Assembly (NCBI GenBank): GCA_964016885.1
Contig: OZ024757.1
Coordinates: 1,240,001 to 1,304,000 of the forward strand
DNA: 64,000 bases
Source of the DNA: Eledone cirrhosa
Taxonomy: Eukaryota
Reading direction: 5' to 3'
The first letter of the stretch is position 1, and each line of letters begins with the position of its first letter. The notes under the pieces were generated by a model. The model was given only the letters and a program-made list of their open reading frames with translations, did not search any database and was not told where the DNA came from. This document shows positions 13,308 to 26,970 of the stretch, in pieces. The position numbers and the translations under genes are program-made.

Positions 13308-16300
13308 TATCATCATCATCATCATCATCACCGTTTTACGTCCGTTCTTCCACGCTAGCATGGGTTAGACGGGTTGTCCTGTTGTGGGCAGTGTCTGGTC
13401 GGCTGACCATGCCTTGCTCATACAGGAACTGATCTGGCTTGATTTCTACAGCTGGATGCCCTTCCTAACACCAACCTCATTTACAGTGAGTGCTGGGTGC
13501 TTTTTCGTGGCGCCTACACGTCCACTTTACAGTGTGGGCTGGGTGCTTTTTTGCCGTGGCACCTCCACGACCACCTTGCGGTGGGGGGGGGGGCATATTG
13601 TTTATATGCTTCAGCATGTACCCATGGGAGGTCGGGTACCCTGTATTACTGCGTGACGCCAGAAGTCACGGTCGTGTGTCATTGACTTTGAGAGGTGTAG
13701 TTGGGTAAGGTCGGCTTTTATCACCTCATCCCAAGTCATCTTGGGTCTCCCCACTCCGCGGTTTCCATCAACTTCTAGTGCTCTGCACCTTTTTATGCAG
13801 CTGTCATCCTTCATACGCATCACATGTCCATACCAGCGTAACCGCCTCTCCTGCACGCAGCATTTGATTCCTCTTATGCTCAGTCTCTCTCTCAATTCAT
13901 TTATGCTTTGTCGTTCACGTATATTACTGTTACACATCCATCGGAGCATGCAGGCTTCGTTTCTCTCTAATCTACGTAAGTCTTCCACCTTCAGCGCCCA
14001 GGTCTCACTACCATGCAACATCGCTGTTCGGATACACGCATCATACAGTCTGCCTTTCATTCTGAGGGAGAAGCCTTTTGCAGCTAGCAGTGGTAGTAGT
14101 TCCCTAAACTTCTTCCATCCCGTTCTTACCCTAGTTATTGTACTTTCTGAGCACCCACCTCCGTTGCTAATTCGGTCACCTAGGTAGCAGAAGCTGTCTA
14201 CTGTTTCTACAGGGCCCTCCCAGAGATTGGTGGTACTTGTTTCCTGTGGCTGTTTGCTTGCTGTTTCAGCACAGCTGCTGCATGTGAATCCTACATTCTT
14301 AATTAAGCTTCCTGAGATCCCGCTACATCTCTTGTGTACCCATTGTTTGCATTTGGGGCAAAGAATGGAGTTCCTACCTACACCTTTCCTACATACTGAG
14401 CAAGGCCATTTCCCTGAGGGGATCTGGGTTCTGTTTTCTCGTCTACTTATAAGGACCTTAGTCTTTGTCATGTTGACTTTGAGGCCCTTTCTCTCTAGTC
14501 CCTGCTTCCAGGTTTGGAATTTATTCTCTAGTTCTACCATAGATTCAGCTATGAGTGCGAGGTCATCAGCATACAGGAGTTCCCATGGGCATCCGGTCTT
14601 AAACTCCTCCGTTATTGCCTGCAGGACTATGATGAACAGGAGAGGGCTAAGAACAGAGCCCTGGTGGACCCCAACCTGTACGCTAAATTCCTCGCTATAC
14701 TCATTGCCAATCCTAACTTTGCTGACTGCTCCCCTATACATGGCTTGTACCGCTTTCACAAGCCATTCATCTACTCCTAGTTTTCTAAGAGCCCACCAGA
14801 TTACTGCACGTGGAACTCTGTCAAAGGCTTTCTCAAGGTCGACAAATGCCAAGTAGAGTGGCTTACTTTTAGCTAGGTACTTTTCCTGTAATTGCCTCAC
14901 AAGGAAGAGCGCATCAGTGGTGCCTTTCCCTGGTACAAACCCAAATTGCATCTCGTCTATATTCACCCGGTCCCTAATCAGCTGTGCTATAACTCTTTCT
15001 GTTACTTTCATGACCTGGTCCATCAACTTTATACCTCTATAGTTTCCTCTATCTAGTGCATCGCCTTTACCTTTGTAGCAGTTGACAATGATGCTACTGC
15101 ACCAATCTTTTGGTATGGCCCCCTCTAGTATTACCTGGTTAACGATACGTGTGGTTATAGTGTGACCTACAGACCCAGATGCCTTCAGCATCTCGGCAGC
15201 TATACCCGATGGACCGGTTGCCTTCCCTATCTTCATATCTCTGATTGCCTTACTTACTACGCTGCCGCTGACTTGTACTGCTGGTCCCTCTATAGGGTCT
15301 ACGTGGGGTAGGGTCTCTTCTTCCCATGCATTCTCCTCATTTAGTAATCTATCATAATGACTCTTCCATGCATCTTTCTTCTCAGCACTTGTGAGGGCAA
15401 GCTCACCTTTATCATTCCGGATACACTTCTCTCCAATGACATCACAACTATCTCTGACACACTGCCTCGCAATCTTGAATACCTCCTGTTTCTGGTCCTC
15501 ACGTTGTAAAACATGCTTGAATTTTCTATCCTCTGCTTCCCTCCTAGCTAAGTATACTTGTCGCCTAGCTTCCCTCTTGGTCTCTATGTAATGTACCCTG
15601 CTCCCCCCGTTCTTCCATTCTTTCCATGCCTGTCTCTTGGCCTTGACTGCTTCATCTACCTTATTGTTCCACCACCAAGTCACTCTCCTCCTGCTTGAGG
15701 TCTTACTCCAGCCACAAACCTCATCCGTCGCCTCTAGTAAGTTATTTTTTAGGAACTCCCAGTTCTCTTCTACGTTAAATGTCTCTATCTGTTCTTCTTT
15801 ACTGTCGTAGGCGTTGAGTAAAATATCTTTAAATCTGTTACTGGTTGAGGGGACTTTCAGCTTCCAGATCTTTCTTCTCCAGGTTGGCCTCTGTTTCAGG
15901 GCTCGTCTAGTTCTGACCGTGAGGTCGCTGACAACTAAGCTATGTTGGGATGTACATTCCTCACTAGGGAAGGCTTTTGTGTTTACGACCGTCCATCTGT
16001 CACGTCCTCTGATGAGGATAAAATCTAACTGACTAGAGTGCTCCCCTGATCTATAGGTGATCAGGTGGTTGTCGGGTTTTTTAAAGTTTGTGTTACATAT
16101 CGACATGTCATTGGCGTCGCAGAATTCCTCATTCCTTGTGCCAACTCCATGGCCTCCATGTACTCTATTGAAGCCGTCGCAGTGTTTACCTACGTGTCCG
16201 TTAAAATCTCCTGCAATGATTAGGAAGTCCTTGTCGTCTGTTAGAGCAGTAGTGTGTATTAGGGACTCGTAAAACCTATCCTTAAGTTCGTCTGGCAGCC

Positions 16301-16622
16301 CCGATTGGGGTGCGTAAGCTGATATTATTGTGGTAATTGTCTTATTCAGGACTAGTCTGAGTTTAATGATTCTTGCATTTACCCTGTACACTGAGATTAC
16401 TTTATCTACCCACTTGTCAGCTAATAGTATACCTACACCACCCATCCCATCGTCATTTCCCACCCAGAAAAATTTGTAGCACTGGCTTTTTCCTACAAGG
16501 ACTCTAGCAGACCCTCCTCTCCATCTAGTCTCTTGCACACAGCATACATCAACTTCCTTTCGCTCTAGCATTTCTACGATTTCTCCTGCTCTTCCTTTCA
16601 TTGAGCCTACATTGATGGTACC
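13308..16622 (-). mobile_element. RTE-clade LINE, near full length, with (ATG)n 3' tail, flanked by (TA)n
   Basis: Single APE-RT ORF, 3' UTR 13330-13610, tail CATCATCAT at 13308-13330 on the + strand. Confidence 0.95.
13611..16622 (-). CDS. RTE ORF: APE endonuclease plus reverse transcriptase with an inserted PHD-like Cys/His finger (about 1003 aa open; native start not present)
   Basis: [83 protein letters not shown]...[13 protein letters not shown]. The N-terminal 80 aa or so of the listed ORF are read-through from (TA)n and the neighbouring PLE. Confidence 0.92.
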   Translation of the reverse strand, partial: GTINVGSMKGRAGEIVEMLERKEVDVCCVQETRWRGGSARVLVGKSQCYKFFWVGNDDGMGGVGILLADKWVDKVISVYRVNARIIKLRLVLNKTITTIISAYAPQSGLPDELKDRFYESLIHTTALTDDKDFLIIAGDFNGHVGKHCDGFNRVHGGHGVGTRNEEFCDANDMSICNTNFKKPDNHLITYRSGEHSSQLDFILIRGRDRWTVVNTKAFPSEECTSQHSLVVSDLTVRTRRALKQRPTWRRKIWKLKVPSTSNRFKDILLNAYDSKEEQIETFNVEENWEFLKNNLLEATDEVCGWSKTSSRRRVTWWWNNKVDEAVKAKRQAWKEWKNGGSRVHYIETKREARRQVYLARREAEDRKFKHVLQREDQKQEVFKIARQCVRDSCDVIGEKCIRNDKGELALTSAEKKDAWKSHYDRLLNEENAWEEETLPHVDPIEGPAVQVSGSVVSKAIRDMKIGKATGPSGIAAEMLKASGSVGHTITTRIVNQVILEGAIPKDWCSSIIVNCYKGKGDALDRGNYRGIKLMDQVMKVTERVIAQLIRDRVNIDEMQFGFVPGKGTTDALFLVRQLQEKYLAKSKPLYLAFVDLEKAFDRVPRAVIWWALRKLGVDEWLVKAVQAMYRGAVSKVRIGNEYSEEFSVQVGVHQGSVLSPLLFIIVLQAITEEFKTGCPWELLYADDLALIAESMVELENKFQTWKQGLERKGLKVNMTKTKVLISRRENRTQIPSGKWPCSVCRKGVGRNSILCPKCKQWVHKRCSGISGSLIKNVGFTCSSCAETASKQPQETSTTNLWEGPVETVDSFCYLGDRISNGGGCSESTITRVRTGWKKFRELLPLLAAKGFSLRMKGRLYDACIRTAMLHGSETWALKVEDLRRLERNEACMLRWMCNSNIRERQSINELRERLSIRGIKCCVQERRLRWYGHVMRMKDDSCIKRCRALEVDGNRGVGRPKMTWDEVIKADLTQLHLSKSMTHDRDFWRHAVIQGTRPPMGTC

Positions 16623-16737
<115 letters not shown>

Positions 16738-16902
16738 TATGGGAGGAGGTTATAGTTCACTTGAAGCATTGTGTAATGAGGTATAAACGTTTGAATATGT
16801 ATAATAAAGCCAAAACAATGCAGGTATGGACATAGAAAAAAGAATGCAATTGCAAAAGATATTGTTGACAATTCGTCTTTTACCTTAGATTTATTTGAAT
16901 GT

Positions 16903-16937
16903 CCTTAATTTTCGAGATAATATCTCTTCTTCAGGGG
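16903..16937 (-). ncRNA. Minimal hammerhead motif in the inverted pLTR
   Basis: Minus strand CCC-CUGAAGA-A-GAGAU[AUU]AUCUC-GAAA-AU-UA-AGG. Stem I is weak. Confidence 0.55.
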
Positions 16938-17024
16938 GAAATAAATGTCTCAAACCAGCGTTCTAACTAGCTTACCAAGCCATGCTGACAGGAAATAGTA
17001 TAGAGTATCTGTTCTATCTCTAAT

Positions 17025-18789
17025 GTCTCGAGACTAAAACATTCCGTATTTAACATCTTACGGAAACAAGAAGAAGATAGCCCCAAACCTCTCCAGGACA
17101 CAGCAACTCGCCCTGAAGAACCTACGGAATAGGGAACTTGTATACTTACCATCCGACAAAGGTAAAGAGTTTTGCGTCATCTCTCAAGCCACATACAATA
17201 ACCTAGCCTTTGAACACCTAAGCGACAATGAGTTATACACAGAGATCCCGGGCATGACTGCATCCCAGATCGAAAAATAGACCAACTCCATTTGGTTCGA
17301 TATCTGTAGGAGAAGACAACTCCCAAATAAAGTTAAGCTCAACTACACCACTAGAAATAGCAGACTGCCCACTTTCTACCACCTCATCAAGACCCACAAT
17401 AATAGTACTAAGACGCAAATAAGACCCATCGTCTCTAGCATAGAAGGACCCCTATACAAAATTTCCTGGCTCCTCTCCCAGGTCCTCAAGCCTCTACTCT
17501 CCACCTTTCCCGGGCATGTCAGTAGCTCCGACGAAGTTATACGTAGACTACACCAACTCCAGCCAGAACAACTTAAACTAAATAAATACGCCTTTAGCCT
17601 CGACGTTGTCTCCCTCTACACTACAGTCCCCGCTCATCCAGCTGTCGATTTATTGACGGCCTGCGTGGTCGCAGAGAACATCCACTGCTACGGCCTCCAC
17701 CCGACGGACATACACCAGCTTTTGTCCTTCACAGTAGACAACCCGTACTTCACCTTCCACCACCACACATACAGACAGACAACAGGATTACCCATGGGAT
17801 CCAGCCTATCGGGCCTGCTGGCCATCACCTACATGAACCAGCTAGAATACCGAGCCCTCAACACCTGCCATTCCCATGCCTTCTTCACCCGATATGTAGA
17901 TGACATACTCATCCTTACATCATCCCGTGAGGAGGCAGATAAAATATACACAACATTCTCCAGCATGGACGCCAGTATAAAGTTCAGCATGGAACACCCC
18001 GATGACCGCGGATCCCTATCCCTACTGGACTTCCAACTCAGGGTAACAGAGGAAGGCAACATCCACACTTGCTTCTATAAAAAAACCCGCCAGCAGGGAC
18101 CTGTTCGTACATTTCAGATCGGCCCTCCCACTCGGTGCCAAGTTCGGATACATAAGGAACGAACTGGCACGTATCCGGAACAAATGCACCGACGCCAGAG
18201 ACCGAGACACACACACCACACATTTCCTGGAAGTACTCAAACTGAACGGATACACGACATCCACCACAAACCGTGCCAGAAAGAACAGAGGACACCACAC
18301 ACTTGCTTCCTGAAGCTCCCACACTTCAGTGAAGAAACAACAACAGCCATCCGCAGAGCCATCAGACGAGAGGGACTAGATATCCAACTGGCCCACTCAG
18401 GTCTTTCTCTACGCGGACAGCTAACGAAAAGACACTCCACCAGACATGACAACTGCTGCAGACTAGCCAACTGCCCCATCAACGACACAGATCTATGCCA
18501 CCAGGCTTACGTCGTATACAGACTAGAGTGTGACAAATGCAACAACTTCTACGTAGGTAGCACCACCAGACCACTCCACATAAGAATAAAAGAACACCTC
18601 AATACTAACGCTTCCTCATTTTAGAAACACCTAGTTAAATGCAAAAACACCGACAAAACCATAACAGTTAGGATAGAAACTAAGGAAAGAAACCTCGGCA
18701 ATCTTAGAATTAAGGAAGCACTAATTATAGATAAAACACAACCACCAATCAATAATAGACTAGAACACAACACCCAATTTATAACCTGA
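17025..18789 (+). pseudogene. PLE RT plus GIY-YIG endonuclease, disrupted (TAG at 17278, frameshift near 18085, TAG at 18622)
   Basis: LPSDKGKEFCVI, RPIVSS, FSLDVVSLYT, GLPMGSSLSGLLA, RYVDD, VVYRLECDKCNNFYVGSTTRPLHIRIKEH. Confidence 0.92.
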
Positions 18790-19225
18790 TAGGGCTTCTA
18801 GCCCCATATTTACACACACACCCCACACACACACGCACGCACACACACACACGCACGCACACACACACACGCTTACACCTCCACTTATTCTCTCTCACAC
18901 ATACACACACAAAACCAGTTCTAGCACCAGATAACACTTACCCCCCACACTTACGAATAGACGTATCTTCTCACACTCACACACACACACTCACATACTT
19001 ACACCTTCATGCATTCTCCCACACACTTAAACAGGCATGTATATAAAATTAAAAAATTAAAAAAATTTAAAACAAAACCCAAAACAAACCCCTTTTAAAG
19101 GGAGACTACTCTTTGTCCACCTAATTTTAACTCTTTGAATTAGAGATAGAACAGATACTCTATACTATTTCCTGTCAGCATGGCTTAGTAAGCTAGTTAG
19201 AACGCTGGTTTGGGACATTTATTTC

Positions 19226-19260
19226 CCTCTGAAGAAGTGATATTATCTCGAAAATTAAGG
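19226..19260 (+). ncRNA. Minimal hammerhead motif in the 3' pLTR
   Basis: CCU-CUGAAGA-A-GUGAU[AUU]AUCUC-GAAA-AU-UA-AGG. The AAUU palindrome replaces stem III. Confidence 0.55.
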
Positions 19261-19378
19261 ACATTCAAATAAATCTAAGGTAAAAGACGAATTGTCAACA
19301 ATATCTTTTGCAATTGCATTCTTTTTTCTATGTCCATACCTGCATTGTTTTGGCTTTATTATACATATTCAAACGTTT

Positions 19379-19456
<78 letters not shown>

Positions 19457-19516
19457 AAGCAAATTATAAATGTAAACATGTAAGTATGTTTTTGAAACGG
19501 TGTGCGAGTTTGAAAA

Positions 19517-19735
19517 TTAGAAATTAGAAATTATAAGCTTTCACCGTATTTTAGACTAAAGAAATTTCTAGCCTGATAGTGGGGTTTATAACCCTCGGAA
19601 AAATGGAAAAAGATGAATGTTGCCGTACATGGGAGGCAACACTCATCTTTTTCCATTTCTCCAAGGGTTATAAACCCCACTATCAGGCTAGAAATTTCTT
19701 TAGTCTAAAATACGGTGCAAGCTTATAATTTCTAA

Positions 19736-19743
<8 letters not shown>
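19517..19743. repeat. Near-perfect hairpin with about 110-bp arms inside (TA)n
   Basis: ATTAGAAATTAGAAATTATAAGC...GTTGCC / GGCAAC...GCTTATAATTTCTAATTTCTAAT. Confidence 0.9.
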
Positions 19744-19821
<78 letters not shown>

Positions 19822-20055
19822 ATATTGCTTCCACCCCCTCACTGACCAGCAGCTGGCGATTGCTAAATCTGACCTTTATAAAATAACCCACACCCCAAAT
19901 AACTTCTCATTCACTACCAGAAAGGGACACAGCAGTCAACCTGTTGTTGCTACCTAGATGAAAACTGCTATGAAATCCCACAATGAATTTTATACTTGAA
20001 TTTTCAAGTCTCAAATTTTAACTCTTCGTATTATTAATTTTTCTTAATATTAATC

Positions 20056-20103
20056 AACATTTGAAAAGATGGCTTTTGCAGACCCATCGAAACCGGTCAT
20101 TTT
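20056..20103 (+). ncRNA. Minimal hammerhead, U3:A8 core variant
   Basis: AACAU-UUGAAAA-GAUGG[..]CCAUC-GAAA-CCGG-UC-AUUUU. ACCGGU palindrome, GUC triplet, one stem I mismatch. Confidence 0.7.
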
Positions 20104-20203
20104 TTATACCCTTTATTATTTCCTTACCTTATAAAATTATGTTTTTTCACAAAAAAGTATTCTGTCTCTTATATATTCCATGTGCCATTACCAACCTCAA
20201 TTT

Positions 20204-20276
<73 letters not shown>

Positions 20277-21003
20277 CTAATAGGACGAAAAAACGGGTCA
20301 GTACTATACGAACATGCCAGACAACAACACGACGGTAACATAGACAACATAGAAATTAGAATAATATCTAAACATAGAAATGACCCAGCAGATAGGCAAA
20401 TCAGAGAGGCCAGTGAAATAGAACTTAGAAGGCCAAGGCTAAACAGAAAGAATAAATGGAATAACAACAACACCCAAACAAACAACACTGACCTAGTATA
20501 AATAAATAAATAGATAAATAAATAAATAAATACATACACAAGCACAATAACAACAAACACATATAAACACACACTAGTAAAGATAGAATACATTAACCAA
20601 TACACAGTCACCCAATCACGAACACGCATCAAACAAAACACTATACACACACGCAAACGCATGCGCAAAGAAGACAAAATAAAATAAACAAATAAATAAA
20701 TATATAAACAGACTAAATAAAGATGGCGTAGAAAATCCAATGTAACGGGAGGAAACAATAACACCACTGACGATATTGCAGATGTGCAACGAAAGAACTT
20801 TGATAAACTATATATATGTGTTTGTGTCTATATTGTATCTGTATTATTTTTTACCGTTGGTCAGTCAATGGCAACATTGAGGACCGAATAAATTAGATTA
20901 CCGATATAAAAGACACAGAAGCGAAAACCAACCAAACAGTGAGTGTGTTCTATGATTAATTCTGGCAATATTACACAAATATGACCCTCCCCAAGTATAA
21001 CAA
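20277..21003 (+). mobile_element. PLE 3' fragment: end of GIY-YIG domain plus pLTR; second pLTR copy at about 57800-58100
   Basis: SVLYEHARQQH...IEIRIISKHRNDPADRQIREASEIELRRPRLNRKNKW. 20710-21003 is closely similar to 57800-58099. Confidence 0.75.
20763..20804 (+). ncRNA. Hammerhead motif, slightly degenerate
   Basis: ACCA-CUGACGA-U-AUUGC[..]GCAAC-GAAA-GAAC-UU-UGAU. Confidence 0.55.
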
Positions 21004-21040
21004 TATATATATATATATCATACCTAAACTGCTCCTAGAT

Positions 21041-21130
21041 TCCTCGACTACGTAGTTTCGTGGCATAAACAAAAACAATACATCATAAAGATATAGAGTC
21101 CTTGCGAGGTCTGCCGACTTATCAAGAGGA
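21041..21130 (-). ncRNA. Hammerhead, U3:A8 variant (family of 26134-27035)
   Basis: Minus strand UCCUC-UUGAUAA-GUCGGCA...UGCCAC-GAAA-CUACGUAG-UC-GAGGA. Confidence 0.8.
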
Positions 21131-21464
21131 TACCTCATTTTACTAGTCTCAAGAACGCGTCTACACGACGTGAGAAAGAATCCCAAAAGGCGGAGGGGGA
21201 GATAGTCACGCGATATAACGGTCGAGAAACAGAGCTAAGCCTCTTATAACCCCGAAGAAAATACCACGGAGGCGGAGGGGGTATTTATATCGAAGCCGTA
21301 GAAGAGGTGGTGAAGGAGGCGAGAAGTATGAGTAATGGAAGCTTTCCAGCAGTCCCTACACTTCAAAGATTGCTCGACCAGAGGGAGTTATTAACAATAT
21401 ATTTAGAAACACACAGATGTATATGTGTGTGTCCGCATGTATCTGTGTGTTTCTAAATATATTG

Positions 21465-21529
<65 letters not shown>

Positions 21530-21582
21530 GGTATGATACATTTTATTACTAATTATATCTAAATGTTTCTTCTCTTTTCATA

Positions 21583-22090
<508 letters not shown>

Positions 22091-22289
22091 ATATATATAT
22101 ATAAAGTGTTTCCGTGGGAAAGGTAAAGGAAAAGAGAGTGCAGACTACAGAAAAGAGAGTGCAGACTACAGAGCTTTTTAGTTATGTAATAAACAACATA
22201 AGATAATTATTCCATTTACCAAAGGTAAAGAGAGACGAGCCTGACACAGACGTCTGCCTTCGGTCGTCATAATGAAAATTATATATATA

Positions 22290-22430
22290 TAACGAAGGAA
22301 GTGTGGTAAGGAACCAGGTGGTTCATAACGCATCAGAGTACTTTGGGTAGTAGAGTGGGTAATAGGGAAAGGTTCAGGACCCCGACGGCAGAGCTCAAGC
22401 CGTTTCGACGGCAATTTCTGGACTAAATTA
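22290..22430 (-). mobile_element. Short pLTR end fragment of the Naiad family at 27082-31855 (3' half of its hammerhead)
   Basis: GACCCCGACGGCAGAGCTCAAGCCGTTTCGACGGC matches 27096-27130. Confidence 0.8.
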
Positions 22431-22752
22431 ATTTTTTTTAAATATATATATATATATACATATATATAAATGTAATCTGATATAAACAGAACTGCAGACG
22501 CTAAGCTTTTAGAAAATATCATATATTTTCACTAGCTCTGACACTTTGGCAGGTGAACAGTGAGCATTGGTGTCTGCAGTTCTGTTTACATGCCAAACAA
22601 GAGCAAGAATGAAGGGTTCATTCTACTGACATGGCTATAAAGAGGCTGCTTGCATAATTGCAAACGAATCGAATATTATTATTAATATTCGAAAAACTCA
22701 GATTACATTTATTGTATTCAGCCATGTAGAGCGATAAATTCATTTTTTTTTG

Positions 22753-22789
<37 letters not shown>

Positions 22790-22947
22790 TATATATATAT
22801 GTGTGCGTGTGTATATATGTATATATATATATAATAAAAGTATGTGTCCTATATATAATTAATACATACAGGGATACAAGTAGATTTTTTGGAATTTAAT
22901 TATTTATTATTATTTTTAAAGATATTTTCTGTGTTTACACTCCCTTG

Positions 22948-23023
<76 letters not shown>

Positions 23024-23063
23024 TACAAATATTAATAAAATAGATGTTCTTTTGATCAATTAA

Positions 23064-23116
23064 ATTTTATTATACATATTTCAGAGGTACAACAGTACGT
23101 CCTCATCAGACAAAAT
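23064..23116 (-). ncRNA. Minimal hammerhead (inverted arm)
   Basis: Reverse complement of 23227-23279. Confidence 0.8.
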
Positions 23117-23226
23117 ATATGACATACCCTGAGATGTTAAATGGTTAAGATTTAATCAAGGTAGTACCTTGATTAAATATTAAATCTTAACCATTTAACA
23201 TCTCAGGGTATGTCATGTATCATTAT

Positions 23227-23279
23227 ATTTTGTCTGATGAGGACGTACTGTTGTACCTCTGAAATATGTATAATAAAAT
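23227..23279 (+). ncRNA. Minimal hammerhead
   Basis: AUUUUGU-CUGAUGA-GGACGUAC[UGUU]GUACCUCU-GAAA-UAUGUA-UA-AUAAAAU. Confidence 0.8.
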
Positions 23280-23397
23280 TTAATTCATCAAAAGAACATC
23301 TATTTTATTAATATTTGTATTTTAATATTAATAACTCTGGAAAATATTTTTCTGTAAAACTCATTCTTTGATGTACTCATTGAATTTTGTTTAATTC

Positions 23398-23476
<79 letters not shown>

Positions 23477-23479
23477 GTA

Positions 23480-24230
23480 ATAGTAATATTTATATTTATA
23501 TATGTTTGATATAACTATAAATATGGCGGGTAGTACTAAGTACGAGCCGGTTACCGGTATGACAAAAGGATCAATGCAAATTTTCAAGTGTTTTACAGAG
23601 CCGAGATACAAAGTGTTAAAACGGTCAAATTTTAGTTTAGAACATTTATTAGTTGACAATTGTTTCTTCCAGAGGGAAGTCTGGAATCATCGGAGCATAA
23701 GGAATGTCGAAACATGTAACTAAAGTCCCAGTCATTTAGAACATTTAGGGTACATAATTGTTGTTAGTGTCATAGGTAACATGTGGAGAGTCAGGAGTTA
23801 ACAAGATGTTCTGCTTGAATGAACACAATTATAGGCAGCACTGGTTGGAAGTGTAAGAGGTATAAGTAGAAAGCACAAGCAAAAAAATCACAAGCTAAAA
23901 AAACAGGCAAAAAAGTTATAAGCAAGGAAAATTGGTGTACAATGCAGGAATCAATACAGTCAATATGGCATGTCTTATTGATTGACTGTATTGACTCCTG
24001 CATTGTACACCAATTTCCCTTGCTTATAACTTTTATGAGGACGTACTGAAAAAACAACATTGTACCTCTGAAATATATATAATAAAGTATATATTTTGAT
24101 TATGAGAATATTTTTCATTTGTTAATATTTTGAATAATATTAAAAACTTCAGAAAACACACTGTTGAGTGCTTCTAATCTATTGTGAAATTGTATTCATT
24201 GAGTATTCAACGAACCATACTAATCTTTGG

Positions 24231-24232
<2 letters not shown>
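23480..24232. mobile_element. Composite PLE-end fragments: hairpin 23912-24034 followed by a 5'-clipped hammerhead and pLTR tail of the 60051-60256 family
   Basis: ATGAGGACGTACTG...GTACCTCTGAAATATATATAATAAA at 24035-24086. Tail TTGAGTGCTTCTAATCTATTGT is shared with 60187-60208. Confidence 0.75.
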
Positions 24233-24292
<60 letters not shown>

Positions 24293-24635
24293 CGGTTCTT
24301 ATTCGGATACAACTTCTGATTTAGCCTAAGAAAATATCTATATGCGTGTGTAATTTATACAAGCATATATTTATTTTTTTATTTTCAATTGAGTTCTTAA
24401 ACACGTCGGATTGATAATGTTTTCAAAAACCTAATTAACCCGCGTGTATATTATTTTTTTCCTCATTTCGTGGGTTGTCTCCCCTTCCCGCTTCGTGTCG
24501 CTATGATACTTCCTCAGTCAAAAACTGCTGGAATTTCAAATTTGGCGGTCATTCGAGGTGAGAGAGAGCTACTGTACGGATATGATTTTTGAAAGCGGTA
24601 AGAAATTTGTTTTCTTATATCAATGTTTAATGGGC

Positions 24636-24761
24636 TTCCACTGACGATTTATAAGTGCCCACCTAAATATATTCTTACATGAATATATATTAGGCTTCTA
24701 CATAAACTGGAAACATTCTCCCAAACTTGTAGAAAACTTATAATGAAACAATTGTTTGGAA
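24636..24761 (+). ncRNA. Hammerhead with a long branched stem II
   Basis: UUCCA-CUGACGA-UUUAUAAG...CUUAUAAU-GAAA-CAAUUG-UU-UGGAA. Confidence 0.75.
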
Positions 24762-25633
24762 AGAGAGATATACTTTAACTTTAATTATATCTCATAAAAT
24801 AATACAACTGGTTTTTCCACATTATACATATTGTTAGCACCCAAACACTTAAATTGGGTTTATATTTTAATATAACCTAATGTTTGTTGAGTGAGATGGT
24901 TACCAGTCAGAGTTTAGCTTTAAACTATCTCTGTTATTGTATTAAATATTTACTCTTGATTGGCCAGAGGTGTTTATTTCCAGGTACCTTATGAATTTGA
25001 CTTTCCGTATTTATTACTGTTGTGAAATATTGTGGCTTTTTTTGGTTGTAACTTCTCTGTTTTTTAGCCTAAGAAAATATATATATATGCCTACGTATAT
25101 AATTACATGCATATACGTATTTATTTTCTTTTATTAATTGAGTTCTTTACACGAGGAATTGATATTGGTTTTGAAATAACTAATTAACCCGCGTGTGTTT
25201 TATTTTTTACTCTTAATTCGGCCGGAGAATTATATTCCCATTTGCCCTTTATAACATAACTTTCTGCATTTACTGCGGTTATGAGAAGCGGTTCTTATTC
25301 GGGTACAACTTCTGATTTAGCCTAAGAAAATATCTATATGCGTGTGTAATTTATACAAGCATATATTTATTTTTTTATTTTCAATTGAGTTCTTAAACAC
25401 GTCGGATTGATAATGTTTTCAAAAACCTAATTAACCCGCGTGTATATTATTTTTTTCCTCATTTCGTGGGTTGTCTCCCCTTCCCGCTTCGTGTCGCTAT
25501 GATACTTCCTCAGTCAAAAACTGCTGGAATTTCAAATTTGGCGGTCATTCGAGGTGAGAGAGAGAGCTACTGTACGGATATGATTTTTGACAGCGGTAAG
25601 AAATTTGTTTTCTTATATCAATGTTTAATGGGC

Positions 25634-25759
25634 TTCCACTGACGATTTATAAGTGCCCACCTAAATATATTCTTACATGAATATATATTAGGCTTCTACA
25701 TAAACTGGAAACATTCTCCCAAACTTGTAGAAAACTTATAATGAAACAATTGTTTGGAA
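25634..25759 (+). ncRNA. Hammerhead with a long branched stem II (second copy)
   Basis: Same motif 998 nt downstream of 24636. Confidence 0.75.
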
Positions 25760-26015
25760 AGAGAGATATACTTTAACTTTAATTATATCTCATAAAATAA
25801 TACAACTGGTTTTTCCACATTATACATATTGTTAGCACCCAAACACTTAAATTGGGTTTATATTTTAATATAACCTAATGTTTGTTGAGTGAGATGGTTA
25901 CCAGTCAGAGTTTAGCTTTAAACTATCTCTGTTATTGTATTAATTATATATAATATATATTATATATATATATATAATATATATATATATATAATATATA
26001 TATATTTATTAAATA

Positions 26016-26066
<51 letters not shown>

Positions 26067-26372
26067 AATTGTTTCTACGTTAGGAACAAGGCCAGCAATT
26101 ACCCAGTGCATTACTGGTACTTTATATATATATACAATAATGAGAAATACACAGATACATGCGAATACATACTATACATGCATATACACATATATATATT
26201 TCACAAGTGTGTGAAATTGTGTGGTGCCAACCTTAACCGTTGTTGCTCTATGATTAAGAGGGACAAAATAATCTGAATGAATTAAATTGACTCAATATCA
26301 GAGCTATATAATACATTATAAAGAAAGAAGAAACACTGGACATAAATAAATAAATACCTATTATTTCTTCAC

Positions 26373-26466
26373 ATTCTCGACTGTACAGTTACGTGGCTAC
26401 TTTGCAAAACTCCTATATCATAGAGATGTAGTATTCTTGTGAGGTTTGCCAACTTATCAAGAGAAT
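26373..26466 (-). ncRNA. Hammerhead, U3:A8 variant, probably inactivated (GAAA changed to GUAA)
   Basis: Reverse complement of 26877-26970 with a core substitution at 26391. Confidence 0.65.
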
Positions 26467-26876
26467 ACCTCATTTAAAGTTTCAAAACACGTCCGCAACG
26501 CGTGAGAGCGAATCTCGGCAAGGCGAAGGGGGAATTTATCACGTGATACAGCGGTCAAGAAACAGAGCTAAGTCCCTTATAGCCATGAGAAATGCCACAA
26601 ATGGCGGAGAGGGCATTAATACCTAGGCTACAGACGAGGTGGCTAGAAGTGTAAATAGTGTTAGTTTGAAAGCAGTCACTATACTTCCGTGGTTACTCTA
26701 CCGTAGGGAGTTATAGACAATAATGAGAAATACACAGATTCATGCGCTATAAGGATACATGGCTATAAGGGACTTAGCTCTGTTTCTTGACTGCTGTATC
26801 ACGTGATAAATTCCCCCTCCACCTTCCTGGGATTCTCTCACGCGTTGCGGACGTGTTTTGAAACTTTAAATGAGGT

Positions 26877-26970
26877 ATTCTCTTGATAAGCTGGCAAACC
26901 TCACAAGAATACTACATCTCTATGATATAGGAGTTTTGCAAAGTAGCCGCGAAACTGTACAGTCGAGAAT
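26877..26970 (+). ncRNA. Hammerhead, U3:A8 variant
   Basis: AUUCUC-UUGAUAA-GC...GC-GAAA-CUGUACAG-UC-GAGAAU. Confidence 0.8.

Larger units (their letters stand above)
16741..19382 (+). mobile_element. Penelope/Poseidon-type PLE, 5'-truncated, with inverted pseudo-LTR (16781-17024 = reverse complement of 19139-19382)
   Basis: Inverted terminal copy, (TA)n on both sides, RT and GIY-YIG coding remnants. Confidence 0.92.
23018..23400. mobile_element. Fold-back PLE pLTR element with two oppositely oriented hammerheads
   Basis: Arms of about 140 bp (23018-23160 / 23165-23326) between (TA)n tracts; same family as 58143-60256. Confidence 0.88.
24290..25943 (+). mobile_element. Non-coding retrozyme-like element: two about 655-bp direct repeats (24290-24945, 25286-25943), each with a hammerhead
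   Basis: Near-identical repeats, period 996-998, flanked by (TA)n, no ORF. Confidence 0.85.

Noticed and set aside
23649-23723. TTAGT-TGACAA...GAAA-CATG-TA-ACTAA hammerhead-like motif
   Set aside because: The core is one nucleotide short and the stem II base does not pair. It may be a decayed copy but is not supportable.
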